From Chiloscyllium plagiosum (Eukaryota): a stretch of 64,000 nucleotides of DNA. The notes under the pieces are model-generated. The model searched no databases, was not told the origin of the DNA, and saw nothing but the letters and a program-made list of their open reading frames with translations. The translations under genes were made by a program, and so were the position numbers. Of the stretch, positions 63,909 through 64,000 are shown piece by piece (the first letter of the stretch is position 1; each line of letters begins with the position of its first letter). The stretch lies in contig NC_057719.1 of the NCBI RefSeq assembly GCF_004010195.1, forward strand, positions 65,095,866 through 65,159,865, given 5' to 3'.

Positions 63909-63928
63909 GTCTCTCTCTCTCTCTCTCT
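63909..63928. repeat. (CT)n microsatellite
   Basis: gtctctctctctctctctct. Confidence 0.85.
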
Positions 63929-64000
63929 AAGAGAACAAACATACAGAGACAGAGATGGTTAATCCTCCATCATTTACACAGGTGTAATGATCTAACTTTG

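Overview
AT-rich, CpG-depleted vertebrate genomic DNA, almost certainly from a shark. The evidence is HE1/V-SINE copies, HER1/CR1 LINEs and abundant Penelope-like retroelements; the species cannot be fixed from sequence alone. I recognise no intact protein-coding gene. The listed ORFs are short and either overlap decayed transposons or are unrecognisable, so the window is probably intronic or intergenic. A large fraction is nested mobile-element debris: many CR1 fragments, nine HE1-type SINEs, Deu-type SINE remnants, an L2 end, a Tigger-like MITE and a probable solo LTR. Five things stand out. (1) A decayed Ty1/copia element of GalEa type, with a tRNA-iMet primer-binding site, at about 50.6-53.6 kb. 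(2) At least four Penelope-like families carrying minimal hammerhead-ribozyme motifs, often as inverted pairs with target-site duplications. (3) A LINE with a tRNA-like Pol III head whose internally deleted derivatives look like SINEs. (4) A local copy of about 205 bp of unique flank plus a SINE, 5.8 kb from its source. (5) A candidate 21-nt in-frame microexon beside a CpG-retaining, TE-free block. I see no evidence for a wholly new biological system. All family assignments are by eye and from recalled consensus motifs, and boundaries of decayed elements are approximate.
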